From Octopus vulgaris (lineage: Eukaryota), in assembly GCA_951406725.2 (NCBI GenBank), contig OX597828.1, positions 8,122,001-8,186,000 of the forward strand: a stretch of 64,000 nt of DNA, in the 5' to 3' direction. A program made the position numbers and the translations under genes. The notes beneath the pieces were generated by a model. It was given only the letters and a program-made list of their open reading frames with translations, was not told where the DNA came from and made no database searches. Positions 41,025 to 54,385 of this stretch are shown one piece after another; positions within the stretch are counted from its first letter, which is position 1, and each line of letters begins with the position of its first letter.

Positions 41025-41241
41025 TGTAATATAATATGTGACAATTATTCGGTTGCCATAATAAGACTCCAAGTCTTGGGTGTCGGGGCGGAAACCTGCT
41101 CCAGCATCTCGTCAATTATCGAGGCAAGCATTTTTTGATTGCCTCGATAACAGACGAGATGCCGGAGCAGGTTTCCGCAGCGGCATCCGCAACTCGGAAT
41201 CTTAATGTGGCAACCGAATAATTGTCATATATTATTTTACA
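41025..41241. repeat. About 217 bp foldback palindrome (putative hairpin MITE)
   Basis: Left arm TGTAATATAATATGTGACAATTATTCGGTTGCCA...GCGGAAACCTGCTCCAGCATCTCGTC..TTATCGAGGCAA pairs with TTGCCTCGATAA..GACGAGATGCCGGAGCAGGTTTCCGC...TGGCAACCGAATAATTGTCATATATTATTTTACA. Confidence 0.9.
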
Positions 41242-41253
41242 TATGTATGTATG

Positions 41254-41323
<70 letters not shown>

Positions 41324-41979
41324 TATGTGAGCACATAATGTCACGAGACGTATACAACAAAACAATACGAAACATGAGTACATGGAACATGAACTATTTT
41401 TAACAACGAAAGACACAAATGGAAAAACAAAAGAAATAACATAAAGAACGACCCTTCATCAGTTCTTAGCTGTTTTTCTATTCTCGTATTTCGAGCATTT
41501 AACAACAATATACGCCTTCAATAAAATAGTTGCTCCCGCAAAGCAAATTAAATAAAATTTGGGAGTTTGTGGAGGGTTAAAATTAGGAAACACAAAGCGG
41601 ACAGTAAAAACAAACAGGAAGGGCTGCTAAGCCTAAATGAGGTTGTGGGAGCGAACTGGTAAATCAAGCTTGGACAGGAGACAAACAAGGACACGTGTTC
41701 TTTGTTCCAGCTACAACGGAGGGAAAGAAAGAAACACAAGTTAGGATAAGAAAGATGGTGGATGGTCACCTGTAAGCCACGTGAGAAAGGGAGGAGAAGT
41801 GAGGAAGAGGGAGTGACTGAGTAATGGGATATGATAGAGGGAGAAGAGGAGGTAAAAGAATAAGAGAGAGAGAGAAAAGCGAAAGAGTAAAAAGATCGTA
41901 TAGAGTGCGCATCAGAATTATTAAGATAAAATTTACTTTTAAGAGGATGGGTGGCCTTAAGCATATAATAAAATGAACA

Positions 41980-42038
<59 letters not shown>

Positions 42039-42079
42039 TATATAGATTAGATACGTATCTATACACATTTACATCTATA

Positions 42080-42119
<40 letters not shown>

Positions 42120-43257
42120 TATGTAGGCACAAGACGTCACGAAATGTGTACAATATATGAGAAGCAATTAGTTTTTCTTGTAAACCCTTTCACCGGTCCA
42201 CACACGCGTGTGCAGCTGCATAGCTATCACTGACTGTCACAGGCCCTACATAGGAGTGGCTGAGGCTTTACATGCTGGGTGCTGTATGTCATCAGTAGCA
42301 ACAATAGAAAGCTCCCACGATTCAAACCTTTAGAGTTGAACTTAATCTCGTGTTAGGAGTATATTTAAAATATCCCAAAACTTAACAACACTGCATTGCT
42401 TTTGTTTCTTATTGCAAGCATTCAAGCTGTTCTCTAGCTTGAAGGATTTCTGAATGTGTCAGTCCTTACGATAGCAAACAACACCTCCTTATTTTTGTTT
42501 CTTCCTTACTTTATTTGTACACTGATAACATTGTCATGAGCTTTGTCCATTATCAAGCAAATCAATAAAGCTCTAAGCAGTTGCAATACTACAACATTGC
42601 TGCATGCTTACTTGACTATCAAGACTGAGTATTTAACCGCAGGGAAATGAGACGTTTAGCGAGTTGGTTTGTATTCTCAGTAAGTTTAAGTTTGAAATTA
42701 ACCTAGACGTTCGAAAGCAGATGAAATTCTTGCATAGGTGTGTATGCGCAAATTTGCATCAGTATATCTCCAGTACATCCTTGAACATTTATTCAGTTGA
42801 AGCTATAGATTAATGACAGATAATTGGAGGTTGTTTCATTGTTTTTGTAATTTTATGTAATAGTAATCTTTTATACCCGGTGGTTGGGAATAGGTATAAT
42901 GTTTTTATGTATTTCAAGGATTGATTTATGATCTATGATGGGAGATGGTTGGCTTTCTAATCCTAAGTATGCTTCTTTAAGGTCTCTTTGTTCAGTTGTT
43001 CAGAGGATCCTTTATGAGGTGAGTACATTGTTAATTTTAATGAGATGTTTATTAGTGGTGGAGAGGATTAATTTGATGTAATACTCTTTAGATATACATT
43101 TGTTCATATCAGAGATCGCTCTCTGTTTTTCTCTGTCTCCCTCTGTCTGTTTCTATCTCTCTCTCTCTGGTTCTCTGTCTCTCTGAAACGTACACACACA
43201 TATATTCACATATATGTATATATCTACACATTCCATGAAATAATATACATCTATGTT

Positions 43258-43288
<31 letters not shown>

Positions 43289-43391
43289 CCGTTTATTTAG
43301 TTGGTGATTTTGTATGCACACACACACATATATATGTACATCCACACACACACATATATACATATATACAGACATATATATTCACACATAC

Positions 43392-43473
<82 letters not shown>

Positions 43474-44754
43474 CGCATGTATATATGCATATAATATGAT
43501 TATATAAATATACAGATTTCTTTGTAAAGCGAGTCGATTTCGTTTGAATGCCCATTTGTGTTGCTTGTTTTACTTGTTATTTTTTTTTTATCTCGGAAGA
43601 TAAGTTTTGAAAAAGTCTGAAGCAATATGAAAGCATCGCTTAACTGTTGTTAAACGACTTCTGAAACTTGAAAGGGAGACTAATTGGCTTTTGTGATAGG
43701 GTTATTTCACTGTTAAATCATCTATATTTGTTAGTGGGTTTCTAAATATGGTTCTATCTTTCTTCTTTTTATTGCCTCTTCATCTCTCCCTCTCTCATTC
43801 TCTCCCACGCACGCACACACACACTCTCTCTCTCTCGCTCTTTCTCTCATTCTCTCTTGTTTTCTCTTTTGTTGCAACTCGTATGTAGTGAGAGTTAGCT
43901 ATATGTGTGTTGGTGCATACAAACACTTACGGTATACAGAGCTGATGAGAGACTTTATTAAATAATGGTCCAATTTTGAGAGAATGCAAATGTTGATAAC
44001 TAAACTTGAAGAACAGTTCGTACATAGCAGGTGCTAACTAAGTTAGGGAATGCTTCCGATAAATCCCAGACGCTCAGATCAGCCATTGGTGATGGCAAAC
44101 CACTGTAGATTAATGACAGATAATTGAATAAAACACAGCATATATATATTATATGTGGAGCTGATACTAAATGCCCCTTTTTATGTAGATGTTATTTATT
44201 TTCTTTGTCCTCTTGTTTCTGGTGGGTTTTTATTCTTTTCGGAAAGAGAAAATGATTTCTGTAGTGGTAGTACGAGTGTTTAGTATATGTATCTGTGGGG
44301 TGTGTGTGCGTATGATGTCTTTGAGATATATCATCGGAGTTTCTAGAGAGCAATGATGTTGCTGAATTGTAAATACAGCGATGTGTACAGATGTTGCTGG
44401 TGTAGTTGATTATAGGACCATAGAGACACTAAATTAAACAACTGGCTATGTTTAAAAGTAGAGTATTAATAAGATTAGTGATCTAATAGGCGATAGCTGT
44501 AGCATTGACAGGAAATAGTATCATTCGATGGAAAATGGATATCAACCAGAAAGGAAAAAAGAATGCCATAGAAGACAAAACAAGAAAAAATATATATCTG
44601 TTGTAAAAGTGATATTATTTTTGTAACAATATCTGTAACTCGAACGATAAAAAAAATGTAATTAAGCAAAATTTCAACTAGTTTATGTTGAATTAGCGTT
44701 AGGGTTAATGATGTTCAACATGTAATAAATCATAAATGTGTCAGAAGGAAAACA

Positions 44755-44980
44755 TAAATAAGTCATCAGAAATATGAGTGATTCATCATAATTAAACCAT
44801 CAATATCATGATCAATAAGTCATCAATAAGTCGACAATATCTCATTCATATCTTCAACAATAAAATCACCGATAAATCACTATGTCATCGACAAATGATC
44901 AAAAGTACATCAATGAATCATCAATGTGCTATCAGTTACATCTTCAATTGTCAATGATTATCAGTATGTCATCGAATGGA
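44755..44980. repeat. Highly degenerate TCATCAAT-based tandem repeat
   Basis: Recurrent (AAG)TCATCAAT-like units. Confidence 0.45.
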
Positions 44981-45827
44981 CTCCTTCCCAATTTTTCACT
45001 ATGTCATCATGATACGAAGCCCCAAACCCTGTTAATAATACGAATAGTAATAATAATGGTTTTAATATAATACTGAATAAGTTTCAAGACGATTCTTAAA
45101 ACGTCATCACTATTGTGGAATTTGTTCTTTCTCCAAAAAATGAAAAGTAAGTTAAATACTTCACCGTTACTACATCATCAGCACCATTATCAATAATTTG
45201 ACAATAATACCGCCTCCAATAATATTGTGAAACGTGTTATAAATGCATCTCATTTTCTTTCGCAACCTTCAAAAGTGATATTAAACTGAGAGTCTATCAG
45301 AAAAAGTGACGTCACAGCAATCACTCTCTTCTGAAGTGTCAGTCTCTAATCTAGGATGTGATCCACCACGATTCAGTTTCAGAGCAACTTGCAAAAGTCG
45401 ATGCTAGAGCCAAGTTTCCTAGCACGACAGAGTTGAGATCACTAGCATTTTTTTTTCGAATCTGTTGTGGTGGAAATATATGGTACCATGTTCACGGAAC
45501 CACTTCCATAGCCAAATTGGGAAGAAGAGAGATGCTATCCAGTGGGATGAATTCCATGAAATGCAATAGCTCTTTCAGGGTATCTTCCTCTCATAAGTCA
45601 GTCGCCATTTTGTGATACGGGACCACGATACATGCAGATGAATCACCGTAGTATAATATGTCTATTTTATCAAAAATAATCTAGAGTCACCTAACGGGCT
45701 TATGCAGTCCAGACTCCATTGTTAAAGATTTTAAATCTAATATCCTGTTTTAATTTCATACGACCCTGTCTAAATATGGTAGAGGTTGCAAGTGAAGTAT
45801 TATGACTCCAGTTAGAAATTTGAACGC

Positions 45828-45999
45828 TAATATTGGTTTCAAATTTTGGCACAAGGCCAGCAATTTTGTGGGACAGGGCTAAGTCGATTACATCCGTGCC
45901 GATAAAATAAGTAGTAGTTGAGTACTGGTGTCGATGAACTCGACTAAGCCCTTCCCCTAAAGCTGCTGGCCTTGTGCCAAAATTTTGAAACCAATATTA
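45828..45999. mobile_element. Two inverted 3' ends of SINE family C forming a hairpin
   Basis: TAATATTGGTTTCAAATTTTGGCACAAGGCCAGCA ... TGCTGGCCTTGTGCCAAAATTTTGAAACCAATATTA; internal CGATAAAATAAGTA..AGTTGAGTACTGG.GTCGATG matches the family C tail. Confidence 0.8.
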
Positions 46000-48032
46000 A
46001 ACCAATTTTGGAATCAATATTAAATATGTTACATATTTATGAACGAGACAGTTGGATTCGAACCAAGACAAGTGTGCATCAGTAGTTTTTAACTCTGAAT
46101 GATCTCCAAAACATATTTGACATTATTAAATCGAAAGTCTGATAAATTGGAATTGTGATATTAATGCTTACGTACATGTTGTCTTAGAAGTGAAATAATT
46201 TGAACACAAAACCTCAGTACATGAGGAGTTAACCGGCAACAGTGAAGGTGGAATCACAAAAACAAAAGCATACAAAAATTTTGGAAATCTCAAAACCCTC
46301 TACAAAAAAATTTGCCTGAACGCCCTTTGGCAGTATACTGGACAAATTCATACTAGTTTCTTTAGCTTGAGGTTGGAATCTATGAAACGATATACCTTTG
46401 CATCAGGAATTAGAAAAATGAGTTCTGCAAGCTAATAAACGATTTCTGAAATAGAAAGTTCTCCTGGTAATATAATGAGGAAATATGTCTCATGGGGTAC
46501 TTACGTGAAGTTACACGGACTGGAATATTGAGTAGTTCATTGTACTGGTTACTGGGATAGCCCCATAAACTTCTGATATCTTATTATCTCTAGCAATAAA
46601 TCAACTTAGTAACAATATCATGAAATTATCTAGTTCAGCTATCTCACTTTGTGCTGAAAGAAACGATAAATTTGAAAGTAATTTAATTTTAAAAATAACA
46701 CGGAATTCTTTTCTATGTAATGAATCTAGGTTATGATAATCAGTTAGATCTTGTGTTTGAAGACAATTATTATGTTGGTCTGCGAAGCAGCACGAAAATG
46801 TACGTTTCAATATAGCATCCCTGCTCTCATTCTCCCCGTAAGCAATTTTAAAATTTCGAATTTTTTATGTTTTGGAGGATACTCATGAATGTCACATTAA
46901 CTCCTGTTCCCTTTTTGTTAAAAAAAATTAGGGCATTTGCGATCATTTAAAAGAAAAATCAATGAATATTACTGAAGATAAGTAACGCGAAACAACATTA
47001 AATTTTCGTTAGGATATTGTTTTGTTTCAACTACATTGATTTTTCTGCCAGACATTCTCACAATAAATATCTAGTTTTACCCAACTAAAGAATGGACGTC
47101 ATTGTGTTTGCGTGATATAAAGTGATATTAAGGGTCACTGATGAACCAACATTTCGACCCCGGCATCGAAACGCGTTGATGAATAATTAGCAACCACAAT
47201 GCACGTAACTTGGAGGAGAAAACTAAGTAATTAATCAGTGTTATTCTCATGGTTGTCACCTGATTAGCTACGAAGGCAATTTATTTCACTCACTGTGATG
47301 TCTCGCTTTAGAAGGTTGGCAAATTGACAACAAAGTTCGTAGCAATAACAGTATCATTTATTTAAAATTAGACAACAGGGAAACAGCAAGAAACTATGCA
47401 CACAATAAACATATTGTTTGTCCTTGATTATGAGAAGAGACCTTATGTTTTAGAAGAGAATAAATGGGAATTTGTTATTTACACTCCTTACAACTTGGTG
47501 GTAAGGAGTGTAAATGTAAAGGGATTGGAACTAATTTCGAACCATGTAAGGGAATTGAAACTAGTTTCAACAAGAACTCGACCACAAAAATTTATAACAA
47601 GGCGTCTGTTTTCTAATCAATGGTACCCAATACATGCATAACAAAAGTATGTAAGTCTTGGTAAATTTTTATGGACATTTACAGTTGTAATTGGAGAAAC
47701 ATTGCTTTAATTAAGAACTGAGAATATTTCATAATTTGTTGTGAAGTCTTATAATGTTTGTTACTGACGATTACTTATAAGGAAAATTCCATAAAAGATG
47801 AACAAGAGTAGAGTCGGTGGAAGGATTCAGTTCTCTTTAAATGAGAAGTTATTCCATTAAAATATGTTCATTTCATTCATCCCGGAAAGACAAAATGAAA
47901 TGTTTACTCAGGTAAAACACGAATTTAGATCGTAAAGAGTAAATGTAGGACGTTGTCTAATACGGTGCTCTGTAGATTCGGCTTTACAGCAGTATTCAGT
48001 TTCCTATATGCATACCTGTATGTGCGTGTGTT

Positions 48033-48063
<31 letters not shown>

Positions 48064-48749
48064 AAGAGAAAAAGAGAGAGAGAGTGTGTGTGTTGCGTGT
48101 GTGTGTGAGAGTGTGTGCGTGTGTATGTGTATGCGCGAGTGGGCCTGTGATTGCGCTACATATAGTTGTCTTGACAAATAAAGATGCCTAGTCTCATAAA
48201 ATGAATCTTGGGTATAATATATATGTGTGTGTGTGCATGTGTGTGTGTGTTTGATGTGTGTGTGTGTGTATGTGTGTGCACGCGTGTTTGTGTGTGTGTG
48301 CCTGCATGTATATACACGTACATGTATATAATTATATACGGGCTTCGTATGTTTAGAGATATTAGCGAATTGAATAAGTGGATATTGACACACTATATTC
48401 TCAGCAAAATTTATGGTCCATCCTGGAAATAATGATCAAAGAAAAATCGTTAAGGTCTAATAAGGTTTTAGCCATACAGAAAACTAGAATAGAGGGAAAC
48501 TTAGTTAAAAACTTAAAAGAAGCACTAGGAAGGTTATAGCAACTAACGCGAACAAATTAAGATTCGTCCTTGGCATATTCTCCAACGTAAAGCATGGAAG
48601 CTCCTTTTGAGAGATAATGGCGCTTGCTCTATGATAGGAGGGGAGAAAAGTCGTCCAATAAACCCGAATGGGAAAGGCGCAACGTGGCAACGAAGCCAAA
48701 TTCGGACATCTTTGTTTCTCGAACACAGTCTAAGGTATTTCTCATTTTA

Positions 48750-48890
48750 GCAGCACTTAGCTTGAATATTCAGGACGAGCTAAGCGCTTGCATTCTTTCA
48801 AGGCTGATAAAATATGTACCAGTTGAAAATTAGGGCCGATTTACCCCCTCCTCAGAGTTGCTAGCCTTGGGCCAACATTTGAAACCATTA
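48750..48890 (+). mobile_element. Degenerate SINE family C
   Basis: GATAAAATATGTACCAGTTGA...GCTAGCCTTGGGCCAACATTTGAAACCATTATT tail. Confidence 0.55.
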
Positions 48891-49199
48891 TTATAATTAT
48901 TGGAAATGCAGGGAAGTTGCAGAATTGTTTGAGCTTCAAAAAAATATATATATATATCGTGTAGTATTTGTTCCATTTTCTTTTATCCTACATGCAAATC
49001 TTGCTGTGGTCAACTTCACCTTTCAAGCCACCGTGGTCTAGAGAATAAAGTCACAGTCAACTGCAAATTTCAATGGCAGTGACTGACCACGCTCACAAAT
49101 TATATTTCTTATGCTTACGCTACATATAACAACAACAACAGCAGCAACAACAAAACTGTTAGACTTACATGGTTTTGTTCTGCGCTCTTTCAAGTTGAG

Positions 49200-49480
49200 A
49201 GTTCGCAGCTCTGGTTTTACGGATCGTTTATTAGAATGTAGCAGGGAGGAATCGGAAGACAGATTCTTTAAGCTGCACCAACCGGATGGAGATCTTAGGG
49301 TGGACTTAAAACGAAGTGATTGGATATCATCTATAATCTCAGTTGGTCACGCTTGGGAATCCAGCCAGAAAGTGTAATGACGGTTGCATCTGATAGGAAC
49401 CTATGGAAGAATTCCCGAGGACACTACCCCCACGAAATTCCCAGGAATACTGGGCAGAGTGGGAGGATTGATGAAGAGAT
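49200..49480 (+). mobile_element. RTE-like LINE 3' end fragment
   Basis: RG(G)LKTK.LDIIYNLSWSRLGIQPESVMTVASDRNLWK resembles the RTE C-terminal RGRPxxRW...AxDRxxW motif. Confidence 0.65.
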
Positions 49481-49499
49481 AAACATAGTATGTATATAC

Positions 49500-49576
<77 letters not shown>

Positions 49577-49669
49577 AACATAATGGATAAAGCCATCTGA
49601 ATATTAGGGACACATATAACACCCCCACCCCTCTGTATTATTTACATTATGTTATATATATATATATAT

Positions 49670-49723
<54 letters not shown>

Positions 49724-51739
49724 TATATATACATGTATATAGATAGGTAGATAGATAAACACACAAACATATACTGAAATACTGGTGCTGTTCTCTTCAA
49801 TTTTGATGTTAACAAGAGCAGAGTAGCGTTGGGGTACTGCGACGGTGCTAATGAATTTTTTTTTTAATGCAAGATTAAGTAGTGGCTGGTTCGATCCACT
49901 GGAGTACTGTATATCGAATTAAGGATAGTTATGCCATTTTAACTCAAATGAAAATATTTGGAACTTCACATGGTTTCCAGGAGTTGTATGATACATATGA
50001 AAAACAGAACAAGAATCCAAATCTGGTATTTCTTGATGAAAGCAATGTGGCTTACATTATCCAGTCTGCGGCACACATTGTAAGCTGTAGCTTTCGTTTT
50101 CTCCGTTTAAAACGAAACCTCTGAATTTTGGAAGCGAGGAATAATGAGAAGTGGTCGTTCCTAATGTTCTCTCATAAAATATAATTAGTAGCATGATACT
50201 TCTGAAATAATTTCAACCGAGAATCGAAACTGTGTCATGGCCCCAATTTGGTGAAAGTGAAGCACACGTTGCTGCACGAAATACAGAAAGTGTAAAATTT
50301 ATTGATGGTACACAAGACATTAATAGATACAATTATATCTCGTTAAAGCAAACATGTTGATGTTAAAAGGATCTTTTGATGCTGTAGTAAGTCTCAGGGG
50401 ACTAAATAAACTACTAATGAGAAAACTGTCTATTCTAGTTTTAATTATATTTTATTTACAATATGGCTGAGAGGAAGTACGTTTGAGCATTAAGTTTGCA
50501 AAACGCTCTCCTGGGGTACTTTTCTTCTGCCCTATTGTTGATATTCATTATCCGCGTCTCTGTTTTGGTCACTTACGATATTGCCAGATGTACATTATAA
50601 GCTTTGCCGAGGATGTTTAATAAAGCTGAAACATTATTTCATTGGTTAATATTAATGCAAGATCCAATTCCACTGTAACAGTTTTATGTTGAAAAAAATT
50701 TTTTATCAAGTAATCTGTTTAGATTTATACCATTTGCTTTTACAACATCTTAACCTAATTTCCAAACTTTCTCTGTTAAATATATGACTATATACAGCGT
50801 GCAATGTTTTGTATTTAGTTAGTGGAGAGAGGGAGGAATGAAAGCTGTCACCACGTTGTAAAACACTAAATGTTTAAATATAATTAAATATGTTTCGATC
50901 TGAAACATGCAACTACTGCACGTAATGCAATTAATGTAAGGCTAAAATAATATACTTTAGTGAAGCTTGCTCTGCACTGAGCGAGACGGTTTATCAGTGA
51001 CCCCGATCTTAGATTTATAAAGATTTTGGCTCTATCAGATATGCAAGAGAATAAATTGGTAAATGAAATCAGTGCATGTATGTGTGTTTATTGACCATCA
51101 ATAAAATTCTAGTGAATTATGAAATGATGCATGACATTACATTGCAAATGCGTTATTTCTCTGATTTCCATGAGTTTCGCATAGTTATGAGCCCTATGCT
51201 AACGATGTTGATAGTCTTTATCTTTGTAGGATAACAAAATTTTTTTCTGTACTACTAAATCTCGATAAACTGGTAGCTGCTTTCAAAAGTTAATATTTTA
51301 CAACGCTGTCATCACAACGTTTGCCGTAATATTTAAAACTTCTTGTGTTTAGTTTGTTAATTTCCGCATGGAATACCGGATTGAAAATATTTTCTTATCA
51401 TCTTTATCGACTGCTAAATGTCCCATCTGTGCTCTCGTTATTTCTGTCTGTTCAATCTGATCTTAAATAATGTAGTCCAGATCAATTCTAGAACAACTCT
51501 CCTGATAGTCATTGAAGATACAAAGAAAAGAAGCTTCGGCATTTTCTGAAGAATTCAGACATTTTAATGACGCCGTAAACTAGATATGATAATAATGACC
51601 TAATTTAAAATTTGACAGTTGTCACATCGCTCCATGCAATAAATCACAGCTAATTGTTAAATGTGGAAGTCAACACGTTATTCCATACGTGCTAATAGTA
51701 TCCTCAGTTTCTAAAATTCTTGCCACGATCCCTAAAGTT

Positions 51740-53050
51740 GATACAGATATTTTATAATCAATTTTTTTTTAGGAATAGTACTGTTTCTCTCCGCAGAGAT
51801 GAAATAGATGAGGTTACTGAAAATCTGTTGTACATGGAACTTAGAAAGAGAGAGTCTAGCATAAAACTGGACAAATCAACTATAAACGTAGCAAGCATTT
51901 TTAATGACGTATAGTCTTTTTTGTTAAAAGAAAAATAAAGTCTTTGAAGAAATGGTTCTAAATCATTCATAACAGATACAAAGAGGGGAGCAATTTTTAA
52001 AGTTTCTTTTTAAAAAAATAGTACCTCGAAGTTAAGAACTCCATCCACCAAAGAATAAAATAAAAAAAAACATACATATCAATAAAATGGTATCATTTGC
52101 AACTGATGGTAAACGATCTGTGACAGTGCTTTCGAATCATATATGGAAAAGAAGTGTCTTATATGTTGGCTGTTCACTGTGTAATTCATCGGGATTACTC
52201 CGAAAAAAGTTCGTGAGTAGCTGATTTATAACCACGAGAAAATCAAAACTCAGGTTTTAAACATTAAGCTTCCCCATCAATTTTGTGGCAAATGAAGAAA
52301 GTTGAAACATTACTTGCCGACATTGAAGTCCGATATATTTGTTCCAGTTGCCGAATTTTTACCTATAAATCGTTATGGTTTAACTAGCTAAAGGCATTGA
52401 CTATATTTGTAGAGATGTGCTTTAATTTATTGCAAGGCGAATACGGGGAATTTGCAAATGCAAGGAGACAATTTAAATTTGAAACACGCACAGAATGTAG
52501 TCTGCAGGTTTGTAAGTAACATTGAATTGTACACGCGAAACAGTGGCCGAAGGGATTTTTGTCAGTTTCCATCAATGAAGATCCATTCAAAATAATTTAC
52601 AGATGATAGTCTGAGGACCTACTCAACACATTTGCGACAATCAAAGGAATATTTGAGTGAACTTTTAATGATTTAATTAAACCAAGAATTCTTAACTGCA
52701 TAAAAATCACATTTGTGTTCAAAATAGAACACAAAAATTGATTCAGAGGAGACAAACATTGATTCACAATACGATGAAGAAATAAAGATTTCTGAAAATC
52801 AAAAACTGTATTAAATATGGTTCCAATGTCGTCAGTAATATCCTAACTGTTGAAGGAATCCAATCTAATTTTATTGCTATTACATTCTACTTCATGGTGG
52901 GAAAATGTTTTAGGACAGGAAATCAAATTTTGATGAAGAATAGAAACCGAATGAATTGTAGTACTGCGTGGGTTTTATGATCTCCTTCGTAAAATTTACA
53001 ACCAAATATTGCAAACTTTCTGATGTTCATCAACTACAGGGATCACATTA
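51740..53050 (+). mobile_element. Decayed hAT (Charlie/Buster-type) transposase remnant
   Basis: Fragments STVSLRRDEIDE...SSIKLDKST (FSLQLDEST), ATDG, AVHCVIHR, LLADIEVR (LLxHTEVRW) and NLQMQG; heavily disrupted. Confidence 0.7.
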
Positions 53051-53137
53051 ATAAACTGCGTGTGTTATTTCAATTATTCTTCTTCTAATCATTATAATAT
53101 AATGATGTGTTATTATGATTGTTCTATTCTTATTCTG

Positions 53138-53388
53138 AAGGCACGTGGCCTAGTGGTTAGAATATTCAATTCTCGGTCGTTGTCTCCTTGAGCAAGATAT
53201 TTTATTTCTCGTTGCTCCAACCCACTCAGCTGACGAAACTGAGATGTACACATAATTGAAAGAGCCAGCCTTCTCAAGTTCTCTGTCACACTGAATCCGC
53301 CAGGGACTTTGCATTTTAATTTCATGAGCAGGCTGTTCAAATGATCGGATCAACTAAAACATACGTTGTCGTAACCGACGAAGTACCA
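53138..53388 (+). mobile_element. tRNA-derived SINE (family A)
   Basis: GGCACGTGGCCTAGTGGTTAG head, CCTTGAGCAAGATATTTTATTTC..TTGCTCCAACCCACTCAGCTG core, GTCGTAACCGACG tail; matches 2940-3250. Confidence 0.8.
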
Positions 53389-53689
53389 GTGTTTTCTTTC
53401 TTATTAGCATTGTAGAATTTATAAGTATAGGTACGACAATAAACATCGAAACGTTTTTGGAGGTAAGTGCGGGAAACGTTGGATAACATAGATTTTGAAG
53501 ATAATGGCTATAACTGGCCGATTTCAGAAGTTGCAGTTCGTACAAGTTGGATTCGTATCTCTTCCATTATAATGTTTTTAGATTCTATTAACTGACCAAA
53601 TGACTCTTGATTTTATTAAGCAAGTTAGGAAGTATGAAGTGTTTTAGGAAACATTTGCACTCTACAGCGGTCATTTTGTGATCACGTGC

Positions 53690-54020
53690 AACTGTATTTA
53701 AGGAAGTCGTTTTATAATTGCCCAAAATATAGATGCACTAGTTTTACTCCAACTTGCCTATTGCAAGAAGAAGCTCCCAAAATGCAGGCAACTTGTTCAT
53801 AATACTTTGAGCTTAAAAAAAAAGAGCAAAATATTATCCTGTTCACACTTGAACATTATTTCTCACAAAATTCTGCCACCCAACCTAATTTTATTAATGA
53901 TCAGGGTATTACCTACCCAAGCTCTCTTTATTGATCCTCAAAAAAAAAAATCAATTATATTGGGACATAGTTTGCCTATTAATATGATTGGAAAAAAACC
54001 CCGCACTTTTCCTTCTGTGC
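53690..54020 (-). mobile_element. Possible very decayed Helitron helicase fragment
   Basis: Weak minus-strand resemblance: PIILIGKL.P, TLIINKI, VGVKL...GQL. Confidence 0.25.
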
Positions 54021-54385
54021 ACTCGACACTTTATACTTATATCTTTATTGTATTATTGATATTCTCCCCGTTTTCCGATTTCATGAAATGAATTCGTTTT
54101 TTGACACGGGAGAGACGTTTTGAGAAACAGCAATTTATTAAAAATCAGTGTTCAATAGAAAATATATTCTATATTCGTCATTCGTGGAATATCTGCATTG
54201 ATTTCCAACATTACTACAAAGGTAACGAATTGATGAAACAGGATGAAGCCGATTTTATTCCCACCGGTACTAGAATGTCACTTATTTCATTGATGCGCGA
54301 AAACCGGAACTCGGGACAGAGAATGGCATAATCAAGTGCCGCCAAGCGTGTATTGCCGAAGTCTAATGATTCCTGATGCTTGTAT

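Noticed and set aside
41330-41960. CTGATGAAGG on the minus strand in a repeat-like insert
   Set aside because: No stem II or GAAA downstream
42640-43100. Possible old PLE remnant (a ~21-bp match also recurs at about 44106)
   Set aside because: Composition is suggestive but no clear motif can be read
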